This document shows positions 26,197 through 36,331 of a stretch of 64,000 nt of DNA, piece by piece. Origin of the DNA: Candidatus Latescibacterota bacterium (lineage in GTDB: Bacteria; Latescibacterota; UBA2968; GCA-2709665); the NCBI GenBank assembly GCA_965208835.1, contig OZ242358.1:1-64000 (forward strand). The letters run 5' to 3'. Below the pieces are notes generated by a model. It saw nothing but the letters and a program-made list of their open reading frames with translations. It was not told where the DNA came from and ran no database searches. Positions within the stretch are counted from its first letter, which is position 1. Every line of letters begins with the position of its first letter. The position numbers and the translations under genes are program-made.

Positions 26197-28026
26197 TCAG
26201 ATAATACCGTGCAGGGGGCCGTTGCGCTCGCCCAGACGATCGACTTTCCGCGTAATTCGGGGGTCTTCAACCAGAGGCGGCGCGTGGTGGGGCTTCAGGC
26301 GGGCGTCGATGATCAAGGGACCGTGACAGCCCCAGTGTTTGTTTTCGATGAAACTCCCGACACCGTAGATATCATGCGAAGGATTGGAACGGGTAAACGT
26401 AACCCACAGGAAATTGTTCAGCGTGCGCGCCGTGAAGTCAGCGTCGTCCACGAGCAGGATCAACGGAAAGCCCTGAAGCTGCTCCACGGATTCCAGAGCG
26501 GCGGTCAGCCTTTGCGCCGTTTCCCCGTCGCCAGGAGAGCTGAAGGGGGGCGCCTCGAACGCGAGGATGCCCGGAAGCCCGACCTTAGGATTCTTCAGAT
26601 CGTCGGGCAGACGCAGACCGCCGGGAATCTCGACAGGCAGATCCCGCTTTTTTGCGCCCGCCGCGGCAATCACAACCTTCGAACCTTCATTCAGGCCGGT
26701 GCCGGAATAGTCCAGGGTATCGATGGTCGTGCGCGTCTGAAAATGCAGGTCCCGGGTCCAGTCCACACGTTCGAGAAGATGGCGGAAGACGTCGGAAATG
26801 TCGTGAATGTCCAGTTCCGGATTGTCTTCGCCCGCGACGATCAATAGATACTTGGCAAGCGAGCACGCGCCGAACCCCAGCAGCGCGTTGGCGATGGTGA
26901 GGATCTCCTGGGGTTGCCGTTCGCGATAGGGCACGTAGCGCTCACTCCCGATGGCCAGGAGCAGGGGGTGAACGCCGGCGGCGTCCACGGCGTTGATGGC
27001 CTTCAGGCCGGGAAGCTCCACGGGGACCATGGGACCCGTCAGTTCGTGAATGAGTTCTCCGAACGCGGTGTCTTCCTGGGGCGGGCGGCCGACGACGGTG
27101 AAGGGCCAGACGGCGTCCTTGCGGTGATAGACGGAATCCACGCGCAGAACGGGAAACTCGTGCGCCAGGCTGTAATATCCCAGGTGGTCGCCGAATGGGC
27201 CTTCGGGCAGGGTTTCGCCCGGGTTGACTTCCCCCGTGATACAGAAATCGGCTTCGGCGGATATCGTGAAGCCGTTTTTTAGTGTATAGCGGAAGCGGCG
27301 GCCGGCCAGCCCTCCCGCGAAAGCGACTTCGGGCAGGCCTTCGGGAAGGGGCATGACCGCCGCGAATGTGTGCGCGGGCGGCCCGCCCACGAAAACGCTC
27401 ACCCGCAGCGGCTCGCCGCTCTCGATGGCGTTTGTATGGTGGATGCCGATGTCCCGCCGGATCTGGTAATGCAGCCCGACCTCCCGGTCGGGTTCGTATC
27501 GGTTGCCCGACATTTGAATGCGATACATCCCGAGGTTGGAACTGAGGATACCGGGATTCAATGGATCTTCGGTGTAGACCTGCGGGAGCAGGATGAACGC
27601 GCCGCCGTCCTCCGGCCAGCACTTGATCTGCGGGAGACCGGCGATCGTGGTCGTATGTTTGAGGACGGGACCGGACGGGACCCTTCGCGGCGGGATGTTC
27701 AGCGCGATGCTTGCGATGCCCGCGGCTTTCCAGGGCGCTTTCAGATAGGCCGGCGGGTCGGCTTTGATTTCAATCAGACGCCTGACCCACTTCAGCGTGG
27801 AGCGGAAGATGAAGCGGGACCGTTCCAGGGTGCCGAACAGGTTTGACACGGCCGGGAAAATACTGCCCTTGACGTTCTCATAAAAAACCGCAGGACCGCG
27901 GGCCTGGTAGACGCGGCGGTGGATTTCGGCCATTTCAAGGTCCGGATCGACTTCTTCCATGATACGGACGAGGTGGCCGTTTTTCTCCAGGTCCCGTACG
28001 CAGTGTAGCATGCTCCTGTAACGCAT
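26197..28026 (-). CDS. UbiD family (prFMN-dependent) decarboxylase
   Basis: EVDPDLE, CWPEDGG, NLGMYR.Q, PEGPFGDHLGYY, GRPPQED. Confidence 0.92.
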   Translation of the reverse strand: MRYRSMLHCVRDLEKNGHLVRIMEEVDPDLEMAEIHRRVYQARGPAVFYENVKGSIFPAVSNLFGTLERSRFIFRSTLKWVRRLIEIKADPPAYLKAPWKAAGIASIALNIPPRRVPSGPVLKHTTTIAGLPQIKCWPEDGGAFILLPQVYTEDPLNPGILSSNLGMYRIQMSGNRYEPDREVGLHYQIRRDIGIHHTNAIESGEPLRVSVFVGGPPAHTFAAVMPLPEGLPEVAFAGGLAGRRFRYTLKNGFTISAEADFCITGEVNPGETLPEGPFGDHLGYYSLAHEFPVLRVDSVYHRKDAVWPFTVVGRPPQEDTAFGELIHELTGPMVPVELPGLKAINAVDAAGVHPLLLAIGSERYVPYRERQPQEILTIANALLGFGACSLAKYLLIVAGEDNPELDIHDISDVFRHLLERVDWTRDLHFQTRTTIDTLDYSGTGLNEGSKVVIAAAGAKKRDLPVEIPGGLRLPDDLKNPKVGLPGILAFEAPPFSSPGDGETAQRLTAALESVEQLQGFPLILLVDDADFTARTLNNFLWVTFTRSNPSHDIYGVGSFIENKHWGCHGPLIIDARLKPHHAPPLVEDPRITRKVDRLGERNGPLHGII

Positions 28027-28127
28027 CTCTTCCCCGATTGAGTACTATTGCGGTTGAAGACCTGTTGGCGCTGTTTTTAGATATACAATCCGGAAGGCAC
28101 TGTCAACACAAAGGTGAGGAATGACCG

Positions 28128-30086
28128 GTGGACATCTCGAAGAGGCAAATCTGTTCGGAGGCTGAATACGGGTTCCGCACGAGCAATCGATATCGGATCC
28201 CGACGCGTGACGGGATCGCCCTGGGCGCGACGATAACCCGGCCAATGGCCGAAGGCGCTTTTCCGGCACTGGTGTGGTACGACCCGTACCGGGGGGGATC
28301 GGACGGAACCACATCGCCCATGGCACGGTATTTCGCCGAGCGGGGATATGCATTCGTCTACTTGAACGCACGCGGGACGGGAAATTCGGAAGGCGTGAGC
28401 AAAGACGAGTATATGGTGGAGGAAACTCGTGACGGCTACGACGCCATCGCATGGCTGTCGGGCCAGCCGTGGTGCAGTGGCCGCGTGGGGATGCTGGGTA
28501 CGTCCTACAGCGGTTTTACGACCCTGCAGGTTGCGGCCACGGCGCCGCCTGCGCTGAAGGCGATCGCTCCGGCCTATTTTACGGACAGAAGATACACGGA
28601 TGACTGTCACTACAAGGGCGGATGTCTTCGCGGCTTTTACGATATGTTGACCTACGGCCTGAATATGGTGGCCCGCAACGGGCTGCCCCCGTTCCGGGAA
28701 GCCGTGGGCGAACGGTGGAGCGAACTCTGGCAGCAGCGGCTCGAAGAGAACGAGCCCTATCTGCTGAAGTGGATTTCCCATCAGGTGGAGGATGATTATT
28801 GGGCCGTGGGGTCGATTTCCGGGCATTACGATCGCATTTCCGCGGCGGCCCTGTTGATTGGCGGCTGGCACGACGGGTACCCCACGCCGCCTTTGCGCGT
28901 GTACCGGGAGCTTCGGTCGCCCAGGCGCCTGCTGATGGGACCCTGGTCGCATTCGTACGGGGACCAGTCGCACTGCGGACCCCGAATCGACATCTTCTAC
29001 GAGTTGCTGCGCTGGTGGGACCGCTGGCTTAAGGAGATGGATAACGGCGTTACGGAAGAACCCCCGGTGCAGATATACCGGCGGGAATACGAAGAACCGG
29101 TGACGGATCGCACCATGATAGCCGGCGGATGGCGGATGGCGGAAGACCTTCCGCGGCAGGCGCCGGAGACGTTCTACCTTCACGGCGGCAGCCTGACGGA
29201 CGGCCCGGCGGCGGAAGAGGGTATGGCTTCGGTAGCATATCTGCCGGCAGCCTGCCGTCACGGCGGGTTGTGGGACGGTGGGACGCCTTTCACGCTGCCG
29301 GGAGACCAGCGGGAGGATTCGGCGCGGGCGATCAATTTTGTTTCACCGGCCCTTGCGGAGCCGATGTCGATTCTTGGGACACCAACGTTCAGCCTGAATA
29401 TCAGCTCCGATGCGGAGGTGATACCGGTGGCCGTCCGGCTATTGGAGATTGCGCCGGACGGGACGAGCGTGCTCGTGACCAAGGGAATATTGAATGCGAC
29501 CCGGCGGGAGGGAATGGACCGCGTCGTTCCCCTTGTTCCGGGCGAGGTCTCTCTGGCCGCGTTTCATATGGAAGCGACGGCGTGGCAATTCCGGAAGGGT
29601 CACCGGATCGGGATCAGCGTCAACGGATCGGATTTTCCGAATGTATGGCCCACGCCTCGATCGGGCCGGATCACGGTTCACTGGGGGCCGGAATTCCCGT
29701 CGAAGATCGGATTGCCGGGGTGGAATGGGGGCGCCGATCCTGAGTTCGCCTATTCGCCTTCTCCGCATCCCGCAAGGGCGACCGGGTCCGGCAACGCGCC
29801 GTGGCAGGTGGCTCACGACGTGCTGGAAGACCGGTACCGCCTGGTTCTGTTTGGCGGCGAAGGCGAGATGGGGGTGTCGAACCGAACGCCGGCGGAGGCC
29901 TGGACCCGTTCGAAAAAGCTGGCAACGGTCGCGTGGCCGGGGTGCGAGGTGCGTTCCGAAGCGACCGGATCGCTGACCAGCAACGCGGATTGTTTTGTGA
30001 TGAACCTGGGACTGAACGTATATTTGAACGGAGACCTGTACTTCCAGAAGCGGTGGAGCCGGACTGTCAGGAGACTGTTGTTGTAG
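28128..30086 (+). CDS. CocE/NonD family serine hydrolase
   Basis: RGTGNSEG, QPWCSGRVGMLGTSYSG (nucleophile), GGWHDGY, MGPWSH. Confidence 0.92.
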   Translation: MDISKRQICSEAEYGFRTSNRYRIPTRDGIALGATITRPMAEGAFPALVWYDPYRGGSDGTTSPMARYFAERGYAFVYLNARGTGNSEGVSKDEYMVEETRDGYDAIAWLSGQPWCSGRVGMLGTSYSGFTTLQVAATAPPALKAIAPAYFTDRRYTDDCHYKGGCLRGFYDMLTYGLNMVARNGLPPFREAVGERWSELWQQRLEENEPYLLKWISHQVEDDYWAVGSISGHYDRISAAALLIGGWHDGYPTPPLRVYRELRSPRRLLMGPWSHSYGDQSHCGPRIDIFYELLRWWDRWLKEMDNGVTEEPPVQIYRREYEEPVTDRTMIAGGWRMAEDLPRQAPETFYLHGGSLTDGPAAEEGMASVAYLPAACRHGGLWDGGTPFTLPGDQREDSARAINFVSPALAEPMSILGTPTFSLNISSDAEVIPVAVRLLEIAPDGTSVLVTKGILNATRREGMDRVVPLVPGEVSLAAFHMEATAWQFRKGHRIGISVNGSDFPNVWPTPRSGRITVHWGPEFPSKIGLPGWNGGADPEFAYSPSPHPARATGSGNAPWQVAHDVLEDRYRLVLFGGEGEMGVSNRTPAEAWTRSKKLATVAWPGCEVRSEATGSLTSNADCFVMNLGLNVYLNGDLYFQKRWSRTVRRLLL

Positions 30087-30149
30087 GAAATTAAGGCCGG
30101 AATCCCGGCGTGGCTGCCGGCAACGAAATCGGCTCAAACGGAGACACGT

Positions 30150-31226
30150 ATGCGGTCGGTATTCTACTGGGGCAAGGCCGGGCTCGGATTCGAAAAAAAC
30201 AATCCTTACGGCCCGTTGCTCGCCCGGGCGATGGCCGGGGTAGGGGTGGAGTTGGAAGCCGGGTACGATGAGGATCTCAGCGAATCGTGGTTGATGGAAA
30301 ACCGGGGCCGGGTGGACATTTTGCACCTGAACTGGCCCTCTTATATGTATAACGCGGACGATGCCGGTGAGAGCGTCAGAAAGTGCGCAGCGCTTATCGG
30401 CCATCTGGCCCGCGCGCGGTCCCTTGGATACCGGGTTGTATGGACCGTCCACAACCTGTATCCTCACGAACGTCCGCATCCGGGCCTGGACCGCCTTGCG
30501 CGCCTCGCGATCACGCAGCTTGCGACAGCCCTGATCGTACATTGCGAGTACGGACGCGCGCAAGTGTTGGATCACTTTCACCGGAAACGCGGCATCTTTA
30601 CGATTCCCCACGGTCATTTCATAGACGCGTACGAAAACAGGGTCTCGCGCGTCGCGGCCAGGAAAGCGTTGGGGATCGCCCCCGACGCGTTCGTGTATCT
30701 GTTTTTCGGAAACGTGAAACGCTATAAGGGCGTCGAGCACCTGCTCGAGGCGTTCTCCGGTCTGTCGGGCGAACATCTGAGATTGCTCCTCGCCGCCAAG
30801 GTGAACAGCGAATACAGCGCGGACGTGGTCGCCCGGGCGCGCGCCGGCGACCGGAGAATTCTTATGCAATCGGCCGAGTTTTTCCCTGACGAGGAGCTCC
30901 AGCTCTTCTTCAACGCGGCAGACGTGATGGTGCTTCCCTTCGTGGACATGCTGACTTCCGGATCGGCGATCACGGCGATGTCTTTCGCGCGGCCGGTCAT
31001 CGCGCCCGGAATCGGCTGTCTCCCGGAGCTGTTGGACGAAAGCTCCGGAATCATATACGATGCAAAAGACAGGAATGGGCTGGAGCGGGCCATGGCGGAA
31101 ATCCAGCAGCGTGACATGCCGGCATGCTCGGAAAGCGCGTTTCAGCGAGCGAAGGCGTTGTCCTGGGGGCCGATTGCCGAAAAGACGCTCGAGGCGTATC
31201 AATATGGGCCTGAGCGGCCGGTGTAG
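30150..31226 (+). CDS. glycosyltransferase family 4
   Basis: WTVHNLYPHE, FFGNVKRYKGVE, ADVMVLPF..LTSGS...AMSF.RPVI. Confidence 0.9.
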   Translation: MRSVFYWGKAGLGFEKNNPYGPLLARAMAGVGVELEAGYDEDLSESWLMENRGRVDILHLNWPSYMYNADDAGESVRKCAALIGHLARARSLGYRVVWTVHNLYPHERPHPGLDRLARLAITQLATALIVHCEYGRAQVLDHFHRKRGIFTIPHGHFIDAYENRVSRVAARKALGIAPDAFVYLFFGNVKRYKGVEHLLEAFSGLSGEHLRLLLAAKVNSEYSADVVARARAGDRRILMQSAEFFPDEELQLFFNAADVMVLPFVDMLTSGSAITAMSFARPVIAPGIGCLPELLDESSGIIYDAKDRNGLERAMAEIQQRDMPACSESAFQRAKALSWGPIAEKTLEAYQYGPERPV

Positions 31227-31326
31227 GATGATTGACACGGGCTTGATCTGGTAACGTGAACTGGCAGTTCGCGGCACGGTCGTCGGGCCGAAAGAAGCGA
31301 CCGTTCAATATTGAGAAGGATCGGCA

Positions 31327-32148
31327 ATGGCCGAAATGACGTTCGTGATGCTGGGCAGCGGCGCCGTCCGGGACAACCCGGTTCGCGGCGGCCCGGCCCA
31401 GATGCTCCGGATCGGAGACGAGGTGTTGATGTTCGACTGCGGGCGGAGCGCCGCCACGAACCTGGCGCGCGCGGGTGTGGGGTGCGAGAAAGTGGACCGG
31501 CTGTTTCTGACGCATCTGCACTTCGATCATATTGTGGATGTGCCCTATCTGGTTTTCGCGGGATGGGTAAAGGTACGAAATCGTCGACTGAAAATCTACG
31601 GGCCCACGGGCACGCGGGATTTCGTGGAGAGGATTATCAGGCCGCCCTTTGAACAGGACATCAGCAGCCGGCTGAGTCACGGAAAGGACATCCATCCGCT
31701 CGATCCCGAGGTGACCGAAGTGGACGGAAGTCACTGTTTTCTGGATCGGGAGGACTACCGGATATCCGCCGTGTTTACCGACCACGGGAATATTCCGACC
31801 CTGGCCTACCGCGTGGACGCGGGCGACCGTCGCGTCATCATCACGGGAGACGGCACCCCCGATCAAGACTTTCCGGCGTTCTGCAAAGGCGCGGACCTCC
31901 TCGCCATCGAGTGTTCCGGAACGCCGGAATTCCTGGAGACGCAGCCGTGGGGCGCGTGGCATATTACGCCAGCGGACATTGCGGATATCGCGCGGAAGGC
32001 GGAAGTGAAACGCGTTATGATCAAACACCTGGTGATTGAAGACATTACGGGAGACCGGTCCTCTCCCTATCAGATGGCGGAACAGATCAGGAGCGGATAC
32101 GACGGCGAGGTGCTCGTGGCCGAAGACGGGCTGGTTGTAGAGATCTGA
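31327..32148 (+). CDS. metallo-beta-lactamase fold hydrolase (RNase Z/AtsA-like)
   Basis: LGSG, FDCG, THLHFDH, GDG, WHIT, IKHL. Confidence 0.88.
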   Translation: MAEMTFVMLGSGAVRDNPVRGGPAQMLRIGDEVLMFDCGRSAATNLARAGVGCEKVDRLFLTHLHFDHIVDVPYLVFAGWVKVRNRRLKIYGPTGTRDFVERIIRPPFEQDISSRLSHGKDIHPLDPEVTEVDGSHCFLDREDYRISAVFTDHGNIPTLAYRVDAGDRRVIITGDGTPDQDFPAFCKGADLLAIECSGTPEFLETQPWGAWHITPADIADIARKAEVKRVMIKHLVIEDITGDRSSPYQMAEQIRSGYDGEVLVAEDGLVVEI

Positions 32149-32166
32149 ATGACGCCTCTGGTCTGA

Positions 32167-32265
32167 CAGCCCGTTGAAAAAGCCCATCCGGGTTGCGGCC
32201 GGCCCTTGCGGTCGAAATACTGCGTTGCGCGCCCTCGCCTGCAGAACGACTAATCCAACGGACTG
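32167..32265 (-). mobile_element. MITE family A, copy 3 (internally deleted)
   Basis: cagcccgttgaaaaagccc...caacggactg; deletion between the two internal gcgagg direct repeats. Confidence 0.85.
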
Positions 32266-32269
32266 CTAA

Positions 32270-32457
32270 GAAGCCGTTTTAAAATTCCCAGCGGTCTTCG
32301 CGCGGCTGCAAAAGCGCCGGTCAGCGTTGGTCAAACCCACCCAAGAGTGGCGAGGGGCGCGCAGCCACGATACATTGGATATGGGCGGGTTTTCCCGCCT
32401 TGACCGCCACTTTTTCGCTCGCGCTCGGGAATTCACCGGTAATTTTAAAACGGCTTC
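32270..32457 (+). mobile_element. MITE family B copy
   Basis: TIRs gaagccgttttaaaatt / aattttaaaacggcttc; flanks taa/cta. Confidence 0.88.
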
Positions 32458-32508
32458 CTAAGAGAACGGCAGATACTGGACGTCGTATACAACCCGGGGA
32501 GGGATGGA

Positions 32509-33258
32509 ATGACCATTGTCGACGGCCACGTCCACGTGGGTCTGACCAAGTACGTCGCTGTTGAAGTGCTTCTGGCGCAGATGGAATCGGCCGGAATCGA
32601 CAAGGCCCTGCTGGTACAGTACGGCGGATGTCACGATAACGCCTATTTGAAAGACTGTATGGACCGCTATCCGGGCCGGTTCGCGTCTCTGGGCGCGGTG
32701 GACTACGACGCCGCAGACGCGGGCGACCGGATTCGGCGCGAAGTGGCCGAATTCAGTCTGGCGGGACTGCGGATTCCGGCCTCTGTCGATAACGAGACGG
32801 TCTGGGACACTGTTGGCGAACTGGGTATCATGGCCAGCCTGAGCGGAGGCATGGCAGGCATGCTTCGCCCCATTATGGAAGAACGTATCCGGCGGCATCC
32901 GCGCGCGATGTTTCGCATCGAACATATGGGTTGGTTCCCCGACGTGGAGAAGACCCCGGATGAGCCGGACTATGAGCGCCTGATGGGTTACGCGAAGTAC
33001 GAAAACACCGTCTTCATGCTTTCAGGATTCTATGGATTCGGAAAGGGGTTTCCCTACGAGGAGGCAACGCCCTTCATCGAACGGGCGCTGGAGCGGTTCG
33101 GCGCCGAGCGGATGCTGTGGGGGAGCGATTTCCCGCCCGTGAGTCTTCATGAAACCTGCGAGATGGCCGTAGACATGCCCCGCCGCTGGACGTTCCTTTC
33201 CGACAGCGAACTTGAATGGATCATGGGCCGGACCGCTCTGAGGCTTTTCAGTTTCTAG
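32509..33258 (+). CDS. amidohydrolase family (Amidohydro_2) protein
   Basis: VDGHVH, IEHMG, RMLWGSDFP. Confidence 0.9.
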   Translation: MTIVDGHVHVGLTKYVAVEVLLAQMESAGIDKALLVQYGGCHDNAYLKDCMDRYPGRFASLGAVDYDAADAGDRIRREVAEFSLAGLRIPASVDNETVWDTVGELGIMASLSGGMAGMLRPIMEERIRRHPRAMFRIEHMGWFPDVEKTPDEPDYERLMGYAKYENTVFMLSGFYGFGKGFPYEEATPFIERALERFGAERMLWGSDFPPVSLHETCEMAVDMPRRWTFLSDSELEWIMGRTALRLFSF

Positions 33259-33313
33259 AAAGCGCGCCGCTGGCGCGAGTGGTGAGGTTCGATAGACATT
33301 GAAAGGAGTCTTG

Positions 33314-35044
33314 ATGCGGTATAGCAGCCTTTTTACGCAGACGCTTCGTGAGGCGCCGGCCGACGCGGAGCTGGTCAGCCATCAACTTGCGCTTCGGGCG
33401 GGGCTGATCCGGCCGCTGGCCGCGGGCATCTTCAGCGCGCTGCCGTTGGGACTCCGGGTCGCACGGAAGATCGAGGCGATATTCCGGGAGGAGATGGCGG
33501 CAATTGACTGCGTGGAACTGCTGATGCCCATCGTGCAGCCGGCTGAGCTCTGGCAGGAAAGCGGGAGATGGAACGAGGTGGGTCCGGAAATGCTCCGGAT
33601 GCAGGATCGATCCGAGCGGAACATGTGCCTTGCAATGACCCACGAAGAGGCGGTCACGGATCTGGCGAGGCATCTGATCAGGAGCTATCGTCAGGTGCCT
33701 ATGAGCGTGTTTCAGATTCAGACGAAATTCCGCGACGAGCCCCGGAGCCGGGGCGGTCTGATACGCGTGCGGGAATTTACGATGAAAGACGCGTACAGCT
33801 TCGACCTGGATGAAGCCGGCCTGGAATCGGTCTATCAGGATATGTACCGGGCCTATGAGAATATCTTCCGTCGGGCCGGCCTGGCGGATCAGGTGGTTTC
33901 GGTGGAGAGCGACACCGGCATGATGGGTGGAACCGGGGCGCACGAATTCATGTATCTGAATCCCGCGGGCGAGGATACATTGCTGATCTGCGACGGATGC
34001 GGTTACCGTGCGAACCGGCAGATTGCCGTGTATGAAAGGGAGGAGGCGGTCGGTGAGACACCGGAACCGCTCCGGGAAGTGGCCACGCCGGGATGCACCA
34101 CCATTGAAGATCTGGCGCAGTTCCTGGACATTCCCGCAAGCCGAACGGCCAAAGCGGTGTTTATGACAGGTTCCGTGCAGGGAGAAGAACGGTTTATCTT
34201 CGCGCTTGTTAGGGGAGACCACGAACTCAGCGAAACGAAGTTGTCCAACGCGGTCGGGGCCGTCGATATGCGGCCGGCGACAGAGGATGAAATCCGTGCG
34301 ATCGGGGCCGAGCCCGGATACGGATCTCCCATCGGCATCGCGGAGGATGCGTTGATCGTTGTGGATGACCTGGTGGCGAAGTCCGGTAACCTGGTATCCG
34401 GGGCGAACAGGGTGGACCATCACTGCCTGAACGTAAACGTGGGCAGGGACTTCGAAGCGGACCTGGTCGCCGACCTGGTGGCGGTGGAGGCGGGGATGCC
34501 ATGCGCTTTATGCTGCGCCTCGCTGCGGTCGGCGCGCGGGGTGGAGGTGGGGAATATATTCAAGCTGGGCACCAGATACAGCGAGAAACTGGGCGCGAAC
34601 TTCCTGGATGAGAACGGCAAAGCCCGTCCGCTGGTGATGGGTTCCTACGGGATCGGCGTCGGGCGCCTGCTGGCCTGCGTAATCGAGGAACACCACGACG
34701 ATCAGGGCATCGTCTGGCCGATTTCGGTCGCGCCGTTCCACGTGCATATCGTGGTGCTTTCCGGAAATCGGCCGCGGGGAGAGCTGGAGGCGGCACAGCG
34801 GATCTGCCGGGACCTGGAAGCCAAGGGGATCGAAGTGCTGCTGGATGACCGCGACGAGCGGGCGGGCGTAAAGTTCAACGATGCGGACCTGATCGGAATC
34901 CCCATCCGGATTACCGTGGGTTCCAGGGGGCTGGCGAAGGGGGAGGTGGAAGTGAAAATGAGAAAAGAGCGGGACAGGAAAGACATCGCGATCGACGCGC
35001 TGGTAGGGTACGTGAAAGAAATCGTCCAACAAGGGCAGGCATGA
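33314..35044 (+). CDS. proS: proline--tRNA ligase with INS editing domain
   Basis: MTHEE, FRDEPRSRGGLIRVREFTMKD, EVGNIFKLG, MGSYGIG, GVKFNDADLIG. Confidence 0.97.
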   Translation: MRYSSLFTQTLREAPADAELVSHQLALRAGLIRPLAAGIFSALPLGLRVARKIEAIFREEMAAIDCVELLMPIVQPAELWQESGRWNEVGPEMLRMQDRSERNMCLAMTHEEAVTDLARHLIRSYRQVPMSVFQIQTKFRDEPRSRGGLIRVREFTMKDAYSFDLDEAGLESVYQDMYRAYENIFRRAGLADQVVSVESDTGMMGGTGAHEFMYLNPAGEDTLLICDGCGYRANRQIAVYEREEAVGETPEPLREVATPGCTTIEDLAQFLDIPASRTAKAVFMTGSVQGEERFIFALVRGDHELSETKLSNAVGAVDMRPATEDEIRAIGAEPGYGSPIGIAEDALIVVDDLVAKSGNLVSGANRVDHHCLNVNVGRDFEADLVADLVAVEAGMPCALCCASLRSARGVEVGNIFKLGTRYSEKLGANFLDENGKARPLVMGSYGIGVGRLLACVIEEHHDDQGIVWPISVAPFHVHIVVLSGNRPRGELEAAQRICRDLEAKGIEVLLDDRDERAGVKFNDADLIGIPIRITVGSRGLAKGEVEVKMRKERDRKDIAIDALVGYVKEIVQQGQA

Positions 35045-35271
35045 ACACTGTTTATATCAAGTTCAAAAGTCGCAGACATCAGGTTAATGGCTATTACGAA
35101 CTGGCGACCCATGCCACGGTGACAAGCTTACCGGATGGTGTGTACATCGTGCCCGTTCAAGCATTGTCGATTCTGGATGAACAGGATATTTCGTATCGAC
35201 AGGCCGCGGAAGACGAGGTGGAGAAGTCTCATGCGCAGCCTATCCCCCGGTGGGATAACAACCCACGATAG
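35041..35271 (+). CDS. small hypothetical protein (76 aa)
   Basis: ATGA overlap with the proS stop; no recognised family. Confidence 0.6.
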   Translation: MNTVYIKFKSRRHQVNGYYELATHATVTSLPDGVYIVPVQALSILDEQDISYRQAAEDEVEKSHAQPIPRWDNNPR

Positions 35272-35344
35272 CCTAAAACGGCCCGTTGTAGATCTGTATG
35301 AGTAAGAATCGTTAACCAATCACATTCGAAATCGAACGCAACTA

Positions 35345-35372
35345 TTGACGAAGGCCCTCACGTGAGTATATT
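35345..35372 (+). promoter_or_regulatory. sigma70-type promoter with palindrome CTCACGTGAG in the spacer
   Basis: TTGACG (35345)-16 bp-TATATT (35367); perfect 10-bp palindrome at 35357-35366. Confidence 0.7.
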
Positions 35373-35428
35373 AAGACAGGTCTGGCGCGATCAAGTAGCC
35401 CCTGAAGTATCGCCCACAGGAGGTACAC

Positions 35429-35656
35429 TTGGCGGCAAGGAATAATATCCATGTCACAGCAAACGGTGGCAAATGGGAAGTAAAGTTAGCGGGCATGGAT
35501 AAACCTCTCGGTGTTCACCCAACACAAGCCTATGCGATTTCGCACGGAAAAGAACTGGCGAGCGGCTTAGGCACTGAGCTGCGCATTCATCGTACAAATG
35601 GTCAATTGGCCGAACGTATAGATTACGAGAATGTGCCCCCTTCTCCCTATGGTTAG
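35429..35656 (+). CDS. DUF2188 domain protein
   Basis: HVT...G.W.VK.......H.TQ..AI..G.E.A......L.IH..NG...ER..Y..P; AGGAGG 5 nt before TTG. Confidence 0.85.
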   Translation: MAARNNIHVTANGGKWEVKLAGMDKPLGVHPTQAYAISHGKELASGLGTELRIHRTNGQLAERIDYENVPPSPYG

Positions 35657-35709
35657 TCTACTCCCCAGAATTGCGTCAGACCGCTCCCCTTTTTGTGTGG
35701 GACGATTAA

Positions 35710-36237
35710 ATGGATTCAATTTTAAGGTGTGAATTTAAAGATATCATTAGCCGTGACACGGTAGGCGATTTTATAGATAGAGTGAACTCACAAATAATAA
35801 GACAGCAACCTTCAACACTATATGTAGAAATTTCCACCGGTGGCGGGCAATTTGAATCTGCTATTTCTCTCTACTACTATTTAATGGGGCAATCTATACA
35901 GACCATTACTCATAATTCACAACGGATTTATTCTACTGGCATATTACCTTTCTTAGGTGGCAAAAGACGATTGGCCACGCCCGAAGCAGATTTTGGCATT
36001 CACTCGATTTATTATCTAACACCACAGGAAGAACGGCTTGATCAGTTTTGGCTCGAACATCGCCTCAATGGTGTAAAGGAATGTAATCGACGTGTCCTGG
36101 ATTGTCTCATAAAACATACTGACATTTCTTTATCTGAGGCACAAGAATTCACAACTGCGCAAAACATAGTGCCTATTTCGGCGAAACAAGCCTTATATCG
36201 AGGCATTATTCACGAAATTAAAGAACTTGAGGCTTAG
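35710..36237 (+). CDS. divergent ClpP/crotonase-fold protease-like protein (AT-rich gene)
   Basis: ISTGGG..AISLY, IYSTG (Ser), R.A.P.A.F.IH (His), ISAKQA...GII. Confidence 0.8.
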   Translation: MDSILRCEFKDIISRDTVGDFIDRVNSQIIRQQPSTLYVEISTGGGQFESAISLYYYLMGQSIQTITHNSQRIYSTGILPFLGGKRRLATPEADFGIHSIYYLTPQEERLDQFWLEHRLNGVKECNRRVLDCLIKHTDISLSEAQEFTTAQNIVPISAKQALYRGIIHEIKELEA

Positions 36238-36331
36238 AATTATCCCATCATTCTTGGCATCATGTTAACTCGACTTAGGTCATCTGGACATATAGATGTA
36301 ATCTGAATCAGTTCCGACCGGATGTCCGACG

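Noticed and set aside
29439-31277. 612-aa ORF on the - strand, and similar long antisense ORFs (231-1424, 1897-2979, 31051-32187, 39056-40138)
   Set aside because: They overlap well-supported genes on the opposite strand, as expected in GC-rich DNA.
35045-36330. Prophage or integrative element at the proS 3' end
   Set aside because: No integrase, att-like direct repeat or phage structural genes were seen; kept only as a small AT-rich islet.
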